A program made the translations under genes and the position numbers. Shown piece after piece: positions 50,001 through 62,925 of a stretch of 64,000 nucleotides of DNA (within the stretch, counting starts at the first letter, position 1; each line of letters begins with the position of its first letter). The DNA comes from Marsupella aquatica (lineage: Eukaryota; Plantae; Marchantiophyta). Below the pieces are notes generated by a model. The model ran no database searches and was not told the origin of the DNA. It saw nothing but the letters and a program-made list of their open reading frames with translations. The stretch is from NCBI GenBank assembly GCA_973895155.1, contig OZ316898.1, forward strand, positions 18,363,292 to 18,427,291, given 5' to 3'.

Positions 50001-53000
50001 ACATCACGGGGGAGATCTAAATCCAGAGGGAAATCACAAGAGAGGAAGCCTCTTGCATGTTGGAATTGTGGCAAGCCTGGCCACATGAAAAGGGATTGTC
50101 GAGTAAAGGTCCCTACTGCATCTGCTAACGCGGCATCGAGCTCGCATGAGGTAGATTTACTCAATGATGATGACATATTGTGATGTCAAGGTTATCTCAA
50201 CGTAGTGTCAAATCTAGGGAGTGATGACTGGATTCTAGATAGTGCATGTACTTTTCACATTTGCTCTAGGAGAGATTTTTTCAGTTCTTACACGGTTTCC
50301 AATGGGTCAGTGTTGATGGGAAATGAAATCCCATGTCAAGTTGTTGGACTTGGATCTGTAAGATTTCAGATGTTTGATGGTGCTGTAAGAACGTTGAGGA
50401 ATGTGAGACACATTCCCAGCATGATGAAAAATCTCATTTCACTTGGAGTTTTAGAAGCAAATGGCCATCAGTGGAGTTCTGCTAATGGTGTCCTTTAGGT
50501 TTCAACTGGTACTAAAGTTGTATTGAAGGGAAAGAGACATAGCAATCTATACGTTTTGGAGGGCTGTGTAGTTTGTGATGAAGCCAATGTAACCTTATCT
50601 CATGAGGAGACGGCCCGGCTGTGGCACTTCTGTTTGGGCCACATGAGTGAAAAAGGTTTGGTTATTCTTCAGAAGAAAGGATTACTTTCTAATTTGCAAT
50701 CTTGTAAGTTGGAATTTTGTGAGCACTGTGTGCTAGGGAAGCAGCACAGGAAACCCTTCGGACTTGGAACTCACACCAGCAAGGAGGTACTTGAGTATGT
50801 ACATAGTGATGTGTGGGTCCAGCCCCTACTCCCTCACATTCTGGACGATTATACTATGTCACGTTCATAGACGATTACTCAAGGTATGTGTGGATATGTT
50901 TTCTACACAGTAATTCTGATGTTTTTGCCACTTTTAAGGAGTGGAAAGCCCAAGTTGAGAATCAGACTGGTAATAAGGTGAGATATCTACGATCGGATAA
51001 TGGCGGTGAATACAGTTCCGGGGAATTTGGAACGTATTGTAAGGAGTAGGGGATAACCCGCCATCTCACAACAAGTTGTACTCCTCAGCAGAATGGTGTT
51101 TCTGAGAGACTCAACCGAACACTGTTGGACCGCTCGAGGAGTATGTTGAGTCAATCATGCTTACCACATGAGTTTTGGGCTGAAGCTGTTAACATTGCAG
51201 CTTATTTGGTAAATTTTTCTCCATCCAGTTCTATTGGATTCAAGACGCCATATGAAATGAGGTACGGGCGTCCAGCAGATTATTCACATCTGAGGATTTT
51301 TGGATGTGATGCTTATGTGCTTACACCTTCCCAGCTTCGATCCAAGCTGGAGTCCAAGTCGAAGAAGTGCATTTTCCTTGGCTATCAGAAAGGTGTGAAG
51401 GGTTATAGGTTATGGGATCCAGTAACCTGTAAACTAATTGTCAGTAGAGATGTGTCCTTTAATGAGTCCAGATCATCAAAGGAGGGGGAGAGTTCTCAGG
51501 ACTCCCATACTGACAAGGGGAAATCTCCCATCCCGGACCCGGTTGAGGGGGAAATTAGTCATGATGCTGTTCATGACAGGAGAGATAGAGAAGCTCCGGG
51601 CTTGGAGCTGGTTCCTGTGATGGAACAAGAGGAGCAGATTGTTGCTAGGGTACCTCAAATTCAACCAGCAACAGCAGCAGATCAGCCTGAGTCATCTACT
51701 AGAAGAACTTCCAGTCGTTCTACTAGAGCTCCTACCAGGTATGGTCAATGGGCAGACTCATCTAAGCTAGATGATATTGACATTGCACCTGATGATGATG
51801 ACATGGCTTTGATCTTGGAAGAAGGAGAGCCTTCTTCGTACAGTGAGGCTTGTGCTTCAGAGCAACAGCATGAGTGGAATGCAGCAATGCAGAGGGAGTT
51901 GCAATCTTTGAGTGACAACAAGACATGGGAGCTGGTGGAGCTTCCAAGAGGTCAGCAAGTGGTGGACAGCAAGTGGATTTACAAGTTGAAGGACAGTCCT
52001 TCAGAGGGTGGAGATAAGATCTACAAGCCAAGGCTTGTTGCCAAGGGGTTCACTCAGGAGAAAGGAGTGGACTACAATGAGGTCTTTTCACCGGTGGCTA
52101 AGTATTCCACAATTCGGATCTTGTGTCAGCTTGTTGTGTTTTTTAATCTGGTGATGGATCAGATGGATGCTGTTACTGCTTTTCTCTATGGCAACTTGGA
52201 AGAGATGATATTCATGAGACAGCCACTAGGCTTTATGAAGAAGGGCCAAGAGAACTTAGTTTGCAGATTGCTCAAGTCCTTGTATGGATTGAAGCAATCT
52301 CCCAGACAGTGGAACAAGCGGTTTGATGATTTCATGCTTGCTCAAGGTTTTACAAGGATGGTGTATGATCCTTGTGTGTATACGAAATCAGTTAAGAATG
52401 ATGTGTTTGGGTTCATCATTCTAGTGATCTATGTGGATGACATGCTGATTGTGGCTAAAGATCAATCTGAGGTTGACAGTCTCAAGGCGAAATTGAGTGC
52501 TGAATTTAGGATAAAGGATCTTGGTAAGGCCAAGAGGATCTTAGGGATGGAGATTTTTAGGAACTCTGATACTGGACAGTTGTGCTTGAGTCAAGGCCAG
52601 TATGCAAGGAAAGTACTTGCACGATTCAACACGGAAAACTGTAAGCCAGTGAGTATTCCTTTAGCTTCACATTTCAAGTTATCATCAGCTTTCTCTCCTA
52701 CGGATGCTGTGGAGAAAGGTCTGATGGCTAAGATTCCTTATGAGAAGGCAGTAGGCAGTCTGATGTATTTGATGACTTGTACTAGGCCTGACTTAGCCCT
52801 AGCGATGGGCAAGGTCAGCAGATTCATGTCAAATCCAGGGAAGGTACATTGGGAAGCTGTGAAATGGATTCTCAGGTATGTGAAGGACTATGGATTACTA
52901 TTTGATGCCAGATCAGATAGAACATTAGTTGGCTATGTAGATTTTGACTATGGAGGCTGTCTGGATACAAGGAGGTCTACAACTGGGTTTGTATACACTC

Positions 53001-53944
53001 TTGGAGGAGGATGTATCAGTTGGAAATCTACCTTGCAGAAGTGCATTTCTCAGTCTACTACAGAAGCAGAATATGTTGCAACAGCAGAAGCAGCAAAGGA
53101 AGCGATTTGGTTGGACAAGTTGATCGCGGAGATGGGTTTAGAGCATGGCAAAATGACTCTAAACTGTGATAGTCAGAGTGCACTTCACTTGGCTGCTAAC
53201 CAGGTGATGGATAGCAGGGTGAAGCACATTGATATCAGGTACTATTTTATCAGGCAAGCAGTGTCTGATAAAACTTATGAGCTAGTCAAGATTGATGGAA
53301 AGCTCAATCCCGCTGATGCCTTTACCAAAGTGATTCCTTTGGAGAGTTTCTCAAGACACCGTGCTACTTTGCAGGTTTTGCAGTTGTAGTACATTCAAGT
53401 AGAGTTATTTAGCAATGTGTGACTATTTGTATATGGATTACTCATTCCAGTTTGGCTACGGCTTAGTTCTAGTTAACCCTTAGTTAACCCTTGTGGTTTT
53501 TAGGGGGAGACCTGGTTTGGTGATTGTCTAGAACTTCCCGCTGAGGATTCCATATGGTAGCATTTAGTCCAGTCCCCAAGACAAGAGTCAAGAGGGAGTT
53601 TGTTAGATATTGCTCTAGTCTTGTGACTCTTGAGCTAACCATAGTTAGTCTAACTCGGGTTAGGACTTAGCTAATGTTAGCGGTAGTGCTATTGTGCATA
53701 TAGCCAGGGCTGATGCCAGACCCTGGTGGAACTTAGGCTCATTGTTACGGAGCTAGTTGAGAGATAGGGAGAGCTTGTGCTGTGGATGCTTGGTATGGCC
53801 GGTCGGCCTAGAGTGCAGTAAAGCTCTTGTGTGTTCCCGTGGACGTAGCCTCATGTGGAGGTGAACCACGTATCTCTCTGTGTCGACTATTGTGCGTTGG
53901 ATGGTTCTTGGGCTTGCCGTTGCGAATGTCATCTATGCTCAACA
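47098..53944 (+). mobile_element. Full-length Ty1/Copia LTR retrotransposon (Tnt1/Tork-like), disabled
   Basis: LTRs 47098-47441 and 53601-53944 (344 bp, TG...CA, 3 differences). TSD TTGTA on both sides. tRNA-iMet PBS TGGTATCAGAGC at 47444-47455. PPT AAGAGGGAG at 53590-53598. Confidence 0.97.
49128..53389 (+). pseudogene. Copia gag-pol (gag, CCHC, PR, IN, RT, RNase H) with stops and a frameshift
   Basis: VKFEVEKYNG, CWNCGKPGHMKRDC, WILDSACTFH, VHSDVWGP, RSDNGGEY, KSLYGLKQSPRQW, YVDD and NPADAFTK. Stops end at 49808, 49820, 50183, 50498 and 51049; 1-nt deletion near 50817. Confidence 0.95.
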
Positions 53945-55117
53945 TTGTACACCAGTAGAGATATTTAGGTATTTACCTTAGATAATGATATATTAATTAA
54001 AACCATAAATTTAGGACACAAAACCATGAGTAGAACTTAAAGACATATATAAATGGTGCACTTTATTTAGATCAATTCTTCCTCACTCATGAGGATAAGG
54101 GCTAGAAATTTGTTGACCTTGGTTAAAGTGTGGATGATCTTAAATATAGCAAAGATTAAAAAATTAGAGGGGTGCCAGAATAAATTCAAAATCTAAACTA
54201 TACAAGGGATGCACCTTGGTAAGACACATTGAATTAAAAATAAATAAGAAAAGAAATTTCAATGAGACAAAATACTGGAAGGTGGATTCATCATTTTCAT
54301 ACACTAGGTTGAATGATATCCTTGGGATTTTGCTGTCCTTTTATACTTTCCCTGTCTCCTCTCCTTTTGTTTTCTGGCGTATATGTACTTGTCTTGACCT
54401 TTTGTTACATTTAATGGTTATTTCTTATTCTCTTTTCTTTTTAACACATATTTGTGATAGTAGAGCTTATGGAAACCGAGCACCCATACAGCGCAACATT
54501 TTCAAGATGCTCGGAATGGTAAAAGCAGGCATCCCTGACGGATAGTTATGAAATAATAGGATAGGATTCACTACCTACAACAGTTTTCTTTTGTGTGCAT
54601 GCTTAGACACATTTGTACATGTGAAAACCATGGATGTCCTCCCCACCAATTTGGCAATCCATCCCAGCCCTCACACAAAATGGTCAGATGAGAGTGTCAA
54701 TATTAACAGGAACCTTAAAAACCACCACTATCCCAAAACTGTTGGAGGGCAAAATAGTCACTTCTAGTTCACTGTTTTTGAAGAAAAAATTCTTGATTAT
54801 TCAATTGTCCAATTCTCATCCATTGTACAGTTGTTGTTGTGACTATGCAACTATTGTGGCCTGGAGTGTGATCTTTGTGAAAATGTTGTCAAGAATGGAT
54901 GTACCAGTTTAGTATGCAGAATTGTTGTTGCATCCCCTCCCATTCTTGAAAGATTAGTGAATGTGGTCATGCCCGTGACATACAAAATGGACAGTGAACG
55001 TGTTTGCTCAAAATTTCAACAATTACTTATACATTACTTGAATCTAATTTGTCAGTACCATAATCATTCAGATTCTGGCTGGAAAGTACCTTGATGCAAT
55101 GACCAACCATCTTATTA

Positions 55118-55398
55118 GGGGGCCTCAACTATGCACCCAATTTGCTCTTCGGCAGGATGGGGCCAGCACCTGCAACATGACCCGTAGAGAACTTCAAACA
55201 AAATTGAATTATGTTTTATTAAGCCCCTCAACAGCCAGGCTGCGGTGAGCCGAAGTGACCACCTAGAATCCGAGAAATCCCGCAACATGAGTGTGCGGGC
55301 TAGGCTCAGGGAGTGCAGCACACTTTTCAACCGCGTCCTGCCATACCCAGACCCCAATTACCCTTAAAGTTCTAACTGGGGTTATATTTGAGACCCCC
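55118..55398. mobile_element. Tourist-like (PIF/Harbinger) MITE, 281 bp
   Basis: Imperfect TIRs GGGGGCCTCAACTATGCACCCAAT and the reverse complement GGGGGTCTCAAATATAACCCCAGT. TTA TSD at 55115-55117 and 55399-55401. Confidence 0.85.
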
Positions 55399-55404
55399 TT
55401 ATGG

Positions 55405-55870
55405 CCTTATAGTATTACTCAGTAGCTCAGGTTGGTGACTACTGTAGCTTGATCAAACACGGGACGCGGAAAGCGTTGAGCCGGAATGTGGACACAGTAC
55501 AGTACAGGACTGTACCTGGTAAGGACGGTACTGCAGTGCACCTGTACCACGACTGTACCTGGACAGTCGTGTACCGTCGCGAAACTTGGACGGCAGCAGA
55601 ACGAATCGGAAAAGAGGAGCGGCCCACGGCGAGCGCAGCCCGGGCAGTGAGGAACTGTGACCAATGCGGCATAGTTTACCGGCATGCGACTCTGCGCCTT
55701 TCGCCGGCAGGAGTCTCGGGGCTGCCAGTACGGTGGCAATAAGTTGGCCGGGAAAAGCTGACTTCAGGTCGGAAAGCTGTCGGGCGGGAAAGGGCGAAAA
55801 GAAAGCTTTAACGATTTACCGGGGCGGGGGGCCACGCGGGTGGGGGTGAGGGCGGTGTGGTGGGGCCGAG
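55405..55870. promoter_or_regulatory. GC/CpG-rich island with 7 clustered GTAC motifs and a G-rich tract
   Basis: GTAC at 55497, 55502, 55512, 55528, 55544, 55555 and 55571. TATA-like TATAAG on the minus strand near 55406-55411. G-runs at 55821-55865. Confidence 0.4.
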
Positions 55871-57093
55871 TTCTTCTCGCACTACAGTGCGTTATGTTCT
55901 TGTAATGTGCGAGGCAGTGTAAAGTTACATTACGTTACGTTTCGTTACAATGCTTTTTGTGTGTTGCGAAACTTCTCAGTTGGTGTCGGTTATGTCTCGG
56001 TTCGGGCAATAAATAGAGTAATATGAAAATTCTGGTCCTAGATCTCAATGATAAAATATTTAGAATGCTTATGAAAATCAAATGGGGATTTACATTTTAA
56101 GTTTGTTCTAAGCATCTTGATGCATTATTTTCAAAACTAAAATAGGAGAATTCTGATTTCGACTTAACTTGTTTCAATTTAAAAAATTAATTAATTTCAC
56201 ACAGATTAGGCGTGAGCTTGGATTGCACTTTGGTAGTGTGGTTTTCTGATCAGCAGCTATTTGTCTTGTGCGGTCTACATGGACACTTAGGAGTGGATGG
56301 TCACTGATCTCAGGTGATTAATAGAGCTAAGCAATTGATTCTGGTTGGTTAGTGACTACTTGATTCTGGTAATTGACTACTTGATTATCATCAGATTCAC
56401 TCCATCCTTTCTTCCATCAAGAAATCTAGATCTCCACTATGTTTGTTTCTGATCTGATCAAGCTTTGGTCTGCACGAGCTGCTGGAATAGTTTGGTACCT
56501 CTACTGCTGTAGAGGTACAACAGTGCTTTAGGCCCAGTTTTGCAGGTACTAGTGCATCCATAAGGAATTTTTGTAAATTCAGTTACTGAAAGGGTACTTT
56601 GGATGGATGGGTTGTGTTAAGCACGTACTCAAAACAAAATTACCCAAGCTCATGTCCAAAGTGGATCCAAAGTATTGTAAAAAGAGCACGGGCAATTACA
56701 ACTGCCAGAATAATCTTGCAAAGAGCCAGTAACTCTAAGACCAGGTCTACAACCTTTTTCGATACGGATAAATCAAATGCAATATCTTTATTTTTGCTAT
56801 CACGTTAGTAAGTAATCAGTTAACATTGACAGAGATAACTGGTTCGCAGCTCGTATTCGGATCATAGCTGTAGCAACTTGTCACTTCAACTCACACGGTA
56901 GAGCGCTGAAAGACTTGCTTAGCCACATCTGAAAAGCTGGCTCGTTCTAACAATTCGCTGGGTTTTGTTGGTCAATACATAAACCAATGGACTAATTCCA
57001 AAGAATACCAACAGGCTTCAAATTGCGCTTCATTTTAATTATCGTCTGTTTTGTATAAGCTTTGTAAACTCCTTCCACAAAGCTTTCGTTGCA

Positions 57094-60000
57094 TCAAAAG
57101 ATGCCCCTTCTGTGAGGTGGAGTGGACTCCACACAGAAGTCCTCTTCCGCAGTGTCGTCATCATCATCGTCAATGTCCCCACTGACCCAGTTGCTCAGAT
57201 TTTTGGCCAAAATAGATGCATGATCTTGTGTCATAGGCCTCGTTTCAGCTGCACAGAGAGGAAAGGAAGGTAGTCAATCTTCGTTTCCACAAATTCAGTA
57301 AAGAATCAAATGAATTCATACAACTCGCAGGAGAAAAAAGTTGGCATTCTGCTAGGCATGTCAGTAAAAGGACCCACACAATTTAGCCACCAAAATCTAC
57401 GGATTTTGTTTACCAGGCCAGGAGAAAAACAATTAACATCCTTCTCAAATTTTCAGATAGCTGGATACAGACCAGGAGGTGCTTGCGTTGAAGCTGGTGC
57501 AATAGGAGTCCCATGAGTCGAGGTTCCACTGGGAACAGGTGCTGCTCTGACAGGGATTCCCCCTTGAGGTGCTGTAGTAGCTCTATTAATATTTTGAGGT
57601 GGAATTGCTCTACTAGCTGGAGTGGAATTACCAGAAGCAAAATTCCTGTTCTGTCTTTGAAGTCGGAATGGAATCTCTTCGCTAGCTTCCAGGCTGTTGG
57701 CCAGCTGAACAGATTCTCTCCTGGACACTCTGGACTGATTTGCACTTACTCTTTCAGCACTACCTGTTGTGCAGCCACAGGAAGGATGCAATTTAACAAA
57801 ACGAGCTCAGGATCAGTTTTCTCTCTGGTGTCAAGCAGTACCAGAGGAAACCACCGCATGATTTCATTAAAGTACTGTCAAACTGCCATCAGATAAAAGT
57901 TCACGGTAGCAAGCATTGCAATGGATTTCAAGGCGAGATGGGTATAGACCTGAAAGCTCAGACCAAATCACTGTTCGTTCAGATTCTCGAAATGATCCAG
58001 GCGTTGACGCCCTACTGCCAAGATTTCTTTGGGCACTGTTCTGAGAATTATTCTGCCCCGTCCTTCCATTGTGACCAACAGAATATCCGGAGCCCATTTC
58101 AGAATTTTCTGCAGCCCGAATCTGCGAATTGTGACATGTTGCTAAGACTAGGGTGGCATCAAAGTCAGCGTGGGCTGTGTCATCAAGGCCAAACCTTGGC
58201 GCAATGAGGACAGGGCTGCAATGACAGTGATAGTCTGGTCAACCTTACGAGGTCATCCAATTAACCCAAATCCACCACCCATAGGGATTATCAAACATGA
58301 GCACTGATATGCGGCAACCTTGAAAATTTCATAGAGTCCTAATAAAAGGCAGGAATGAAGACACTTGCTTACGAAAGGGAGGTCAGGGATTTCGTACTAG
58401 CCCGCCTTCTGAAAGTGCATATGAATGTCTACCTCAGATCCCTCACAAAACCCAACAAAGGCCTGCAAAAGCACTAGCTTTAGGTCCATATTTAGAAACT
58501 TAATTTTTTTTAAGAGACTAGTTACATTGGAGTCAGAGTATGCAACCCAAAGTCAACGAAGCTAGGCTTTGAAGGACATCAGGAATGAACGAATTTCATA
58601 TGAGAGAGAATTGAGAAGGTTTAACAGAGCCATAATCAGAAAGAACGGTCTAGGACATCAAAGGTTTTTTAAAAAAAATTCAGAGAAGGCACCTTGAGCT
58701 CCTTTACACTAAAAGTAACATCCGCCGCCACACCGGAGTGGGAGTATTCCAGAAGCTCTTCGGTTGGATCAATCCATAGCTGAGTGTGCAATGCACTGTC
58801 CGTGGAGTCTGCAGTTAGAGCACAAATTCAATACTCCTCTTCTATAATCATCATCCACAACATTGAACGCATGTGCAGGTACGCCCATCAGATGAGTCAC
58901 AGAGGTTGCAATAGACACATATTGAACTCGCGGAATTCACCACGCTGAGGTACAGTCACAAAAGTGGTGACTAGCTATGTGATCCGACAGATTTTGTTCC
59001 TAAGCTTGTTGCGGAGAGGTACCACTCGTGGGATCGATGTAGCTTCTCATTTCCACCGCTTTAGCTTCAGTTGTTTCTGAGTCTGTTGGTGTGGACTGTG
59101 GCTCTGTTAAAATGAAGGTAATCTCCTGAAGAGATGACTGGAAATGGCTTAGCAACCTCGTGAGGTCACGAGGCTTCACAACCAGATGGCTTGGCATCGT
59201 ATTCCTATCTACCGCAATATCTTGCAACTCGTCAACAGAATTACAGCATATCCCATAAGTTTTCCTCACGCCTGCAAATACGGTGACCACAAATATAAAT
59301 TGTAAAGCATCACCAGGAACAACAGATCTTGCTCAAGAAACTATCTCATCAATTGTACGACCAGAAGTCTTCAAAGTCTACTATTTTATCTCCCTATAGG
59401 ATTCCTCTTTAGGGGCGTCCTATAAGCTCACCATTTGGGCAGTCAAGTGTCCACAATAGCTTGTTTGCGTCCTGATTCGCTAAGGTTATGGACAAGCAGT
59501 CTATGTTCGCTGGAGATGTTCGAAACACTGTACACGCAGACTTCACAAATGCACACAACAGTCAAAAGTAACCGATTATGGACATGCGTTTCGTACTTTA
59601 ACATAGCTCATCGATCAAGCATATGGAGGTCCATATCTCTGTCGCTCCAAATATGACGACCCCCTTGAAAACCATTCGTATATGAAGGAAATACAGTTTC
59701 ATAATCGACGACAGAGGTTTCTAATTATTTGTCCTGACTCCACTATATAGTTGCACTAGAAAGCCCCTTCGTGATCTACGAAAAGAGACAATACTCACCT
59801 TCAGCAGTACACTGCACTGGGCTCGCCTTCCAGAAACATGATAGGCATCGAAAAACTGGCCCTTGAAGGAAATTGATAGAAACGATGACCGGGAGGAATT
59901 CAAAGTTCGCAATATGAGCTGCAGGACACGACTTTTGAAACGTTTAGCTGAATTGAAACAGAAAGAGGGAACTACAAAAATGTGTTGTTAGATTCACAGA

Positions 60001-60191
60001 CAACCTAGAGTTAGTGAGAGCATTCCTAACTAAGAAGAATGAATTAGATTGCTAAAACACAAGGTTCTCAGGAAGGAAGAAGATACCTTATCAGGGACAG
60101 CCTCTATCAGCAATTCATTTCCAATCTTTGCCATACACGTCAGTGCCCGATTGAGGCACTTAATTTGATTGCCACTTAACAAGCATTCCAT
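57094..60191 (-). CDS. RAD9: Cell-cycle checkpoint clamp subunit RAD9 (9-1-1 complex)
   Basis: Exons 60191-60087, 59918-59799, 59540-59432, 59271-59023, 58808-58693, 58462-58398, 58215-57950, 57763-57473 and 57248-57094, phase-consistent. MECLLSGNQIK...IGNELLI, TLNSSRS, FQSSLQEIT, LHTQLWIDP, FSVKELKAF, FDATLVLAT, and an acidic tail SNWV...DDD..VESTPP. The last two donor sites (GTCT) are weaker. Confidence 0.93.
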
Positions 60192-60350
60192 AGCTTCTAG
60201 ACCCCACGGACGAGAAGAATGAATTGCGGAGAATCGCCGTGGCTCAAGTGTTTTGCATGGACTCTGTTTATCGATCAGAGACTATTGACGTGAGATCTAA
60301 CGATTTGAGTGTCACAGTCTGCAAAAAAGTCCCAGATTCAATGGATCAGA

Positions 60351-60365
60351 CTAACCCTAAACCCT
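60351..60365. promoter_or_regulatory. Telobox-like element upstream of RAD9
   Basis: CTAACCCTAAACCCT about 160 bp upstream of the ATG. Confidence 0.45.
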
Positions 60366-62580
60366 CAGCAGATCTCTTTCAACAACCACAATGGCAAAGA
60401 AAGTCTCTCCCCCAAGACTCTTGAGAAGCCTCAACTAAAGTATTGCATATGAGCCTGCACAAATCCTTGAAATGTCGGGTAAGCGTAAACAACAGGATGG
60501 TCCGTGGCCCTGCACAAATTAGGCCAAGCTCACATCCTTGTCAGTAGACACGTATCCATGTTTCTCTTGGCGGAGAGATAGAAAACATAATTTTACAGTG
60601 CCATACTACCGTTGACTACAGCCACAAGATCAAGGCTATGAAAAACTTTTTGAGTCTTATCTGAATCCCTCCCTGGGACATATTAATTCAATCTGTGTAT
60701 TACTTCCCGTCCTCAAGATTTGTGAACGGTGATTTGCTTCACCCAGATAACATGGACTCACAATTTGCACCCTCGTCACCATCGCCGAAATTTCTTGTCA
60801 CTCAGCAGACCAAACCTTCTTCTAGAAAATCCACGAAAATATTTATATTCTCCTTTCTCACAGTAAAGCCTCTGACGTGAAGGATTCCTACAGACCCAAG
60901 TGTGATACTGACGCTCTTTTGATTCCACTCGATTAAGGACATTTCCCTCCTGCAAACAAAGTGCAAACAAAGTGATATAATTGAGCTCACCTGATTCGCG
61001 CACAGAAGAGGTGATGCTGATTAAACAGATACTCATCAGTCGACCACTCCACTGTCACACGAGTGGAATCCGTTCAAACAACCCAAGCGGTGCCACATTG
61101 GCAACCATAAAAAAAACCCACTTATGCCCACAGAATCACCTTCGATTATTGAATGTACGGCAATTGGAACAAATTGTCTGCTGATTGGAGAAATTTGCTC
61201 TTACACATTGGCTTTTCAGCTGCCAGGAGTACCGACTCGACAGAAACAGCGCACAGGCAGAGTACAGAAGAGAAGAGAAGTGAATAATTGTTCGCTGAAT
61301 TTCGCTCTGAGAAAACGCACTTCAGAAAGTCACTCACGACATTGACACTCTGCCTCCCTCATAATGAAGAGCAATGTCGCCACTCGCCCAACAATTTGGA
61401 GCTGGGCTGGAACAGTCTAGAGTCGAACTGTGATGACTATCGACTGCCTCAGGGGTTCACTCGCATGTGGGTGCACCGAAAATGTTAGCAATTACATGAG
61501 GAGAAAGAGAGCAGCAATTATTTTGAGGGGCATTCTGAAGTCGGCGACTTTGTGTTCTGGGCTCGGATCATAAACTCCCGCCAACAAAGGGGTACGTGTT
61601 TCATCGCGCATTCAAAACTGAGTTTCACCCAGCCAATGTTTCTCTAACCGACAATGGACAAGTTTCCAAACTTTTTCGATTTATCATAAGCTTGACTGGG
61701 ACCCTCGTTCCAACTCCTTGAGCCTATACTACTCTCAATCTCACATGGAATCTATGCAAAGCCACATTTGAGTCAAACTACTATAATATGGGATCCCCCT
61801 TTTCTTGGACACTCTTCTACTCACTAATTTAGAAATAGGCAGGACTGAAATGGGTCCATTAATAAAGAGCTGCAATAGGGAGTCTCCTCTCTCGTTCAGA
61901 ATTCCAGTGAAGTGCACAAATGCCAAGACTAATAAGCTTGATGAGATAAATGCGAATAATAAAGAGCTGCAATAGGGCATCTTAAATACAATGAATTTTT
62001 GCGTCTGATCTTGGCCAGGAGTGTTGTGGCTAGGGGCAGCAGGAAAGACTGGTCAGGCACCAAATGTAGATGCCAACCAATCACGCCCAAGAGATGTGAC
62101 GGAAACTCAGGGCCAACTGCTACAAGGAGAGGACCCAATTTCAGTGTGTTTAAATGGGACTGAAATTATATCACAATATTTTATCAAAACCATTCACTCA
62201 CTAAACGAGCCCTCTCAGAACCCCATTTGGCCTCACAACCCTGTCCTTATGCATCCTGGCAAGGGGACATGTCATCCTGGCATCAACACCCTTGGTCCAG
62301 GCGTTACGATCTGACACCAAGTGTTCCTTGCACTCGACACCCTCGCCAATGCCAACTGACACCAATGCCCTCCCGACATGTCTCGATTATATGAATTTAG
62401 ATTCAAAACTTGGGACTCACCCCATCCAAGCTCAAAGATTTGGATGGAGATCCCATCTAAGCTTGTAACTCCATTCCTTCCCATCGTTAATTCCTTTGTG
62501 GAATTGAAACCAGATCAAGTTCAATCAAGAGATCTCTATCCAAACCCTTGAACTCTCCATGGACCTCAAAATGCTCGTCC

Positions 62581-62925
62581 TGTTAGGATTTACTCTTAGG
62601 TCTAGAGTTATGACTGTACCGCAATTAGGGCTAACCTTAGTCACAGACTAGGTTAGGTTAGTCATGTTGTGCACACTCTATACCCAAACGGTGTTTGCTT
62701 GGAGAAGGGAAACTTAGGCTCATTGTAACAAAGCCAGTTGAGAGATAAGGAGAGCTTGTGATGTGGATGTTTGATATGGCCAGTCGACCTAGAGTGCAGT
62801 AAAGCTCTTGTGTGTTCCCGTGAACATAATCTCATGTGGAGGTGAACCATGTATATCTCGGTGTCGATACTTGTGAATTGGATGATTTATGGGCTTGTCG
62901 TTACAATTGTCGTCTATGCTCAACA
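62581..62925 (+). mobile_element. Solo LTR related to the Copia element at 47-54 kb
   Basis: TGTTAG...CTATGCTCAACA, 345 bp. The 3' ~215 bp align with the Copia LTR. No PBS follows. Flanks CGTCC / CTTTC (degenerate TSD or none). Confidence 0.88.

Noticed and set aside
46859-54319. ~20-bp direct repeat (TACACTAGGTTGAATGATAT) on both sides of the Copia element as its TSD
   Set aside because: It lies hundreds of bp from the LTR ends. The true TSD is TTGTA, and the repeat belongs to the pre-existing flanking DNA.
55118-55400. Telomerase RNA or RNase MRP-like ncRNA (CTCATGTT and GGGGCTTA motifs on the minus strand)
   Set aside because: No CTAAACCCT template, no MRP CR-I motif and no USE. TIRs plus a TTA TSD explain the segment as a MITE.
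58395-58400. Premature TAG in RAD9 (KAG*)
   Set aside because: It spans a splice donor: TA|GT...AG|C gives TAC (Tyr) and the frame continues as PVLIAPRF.
62021-62314. LGAAGKT as a small-GTPase P-loop
   Set aside because: No other G-box motifs; probably chance.
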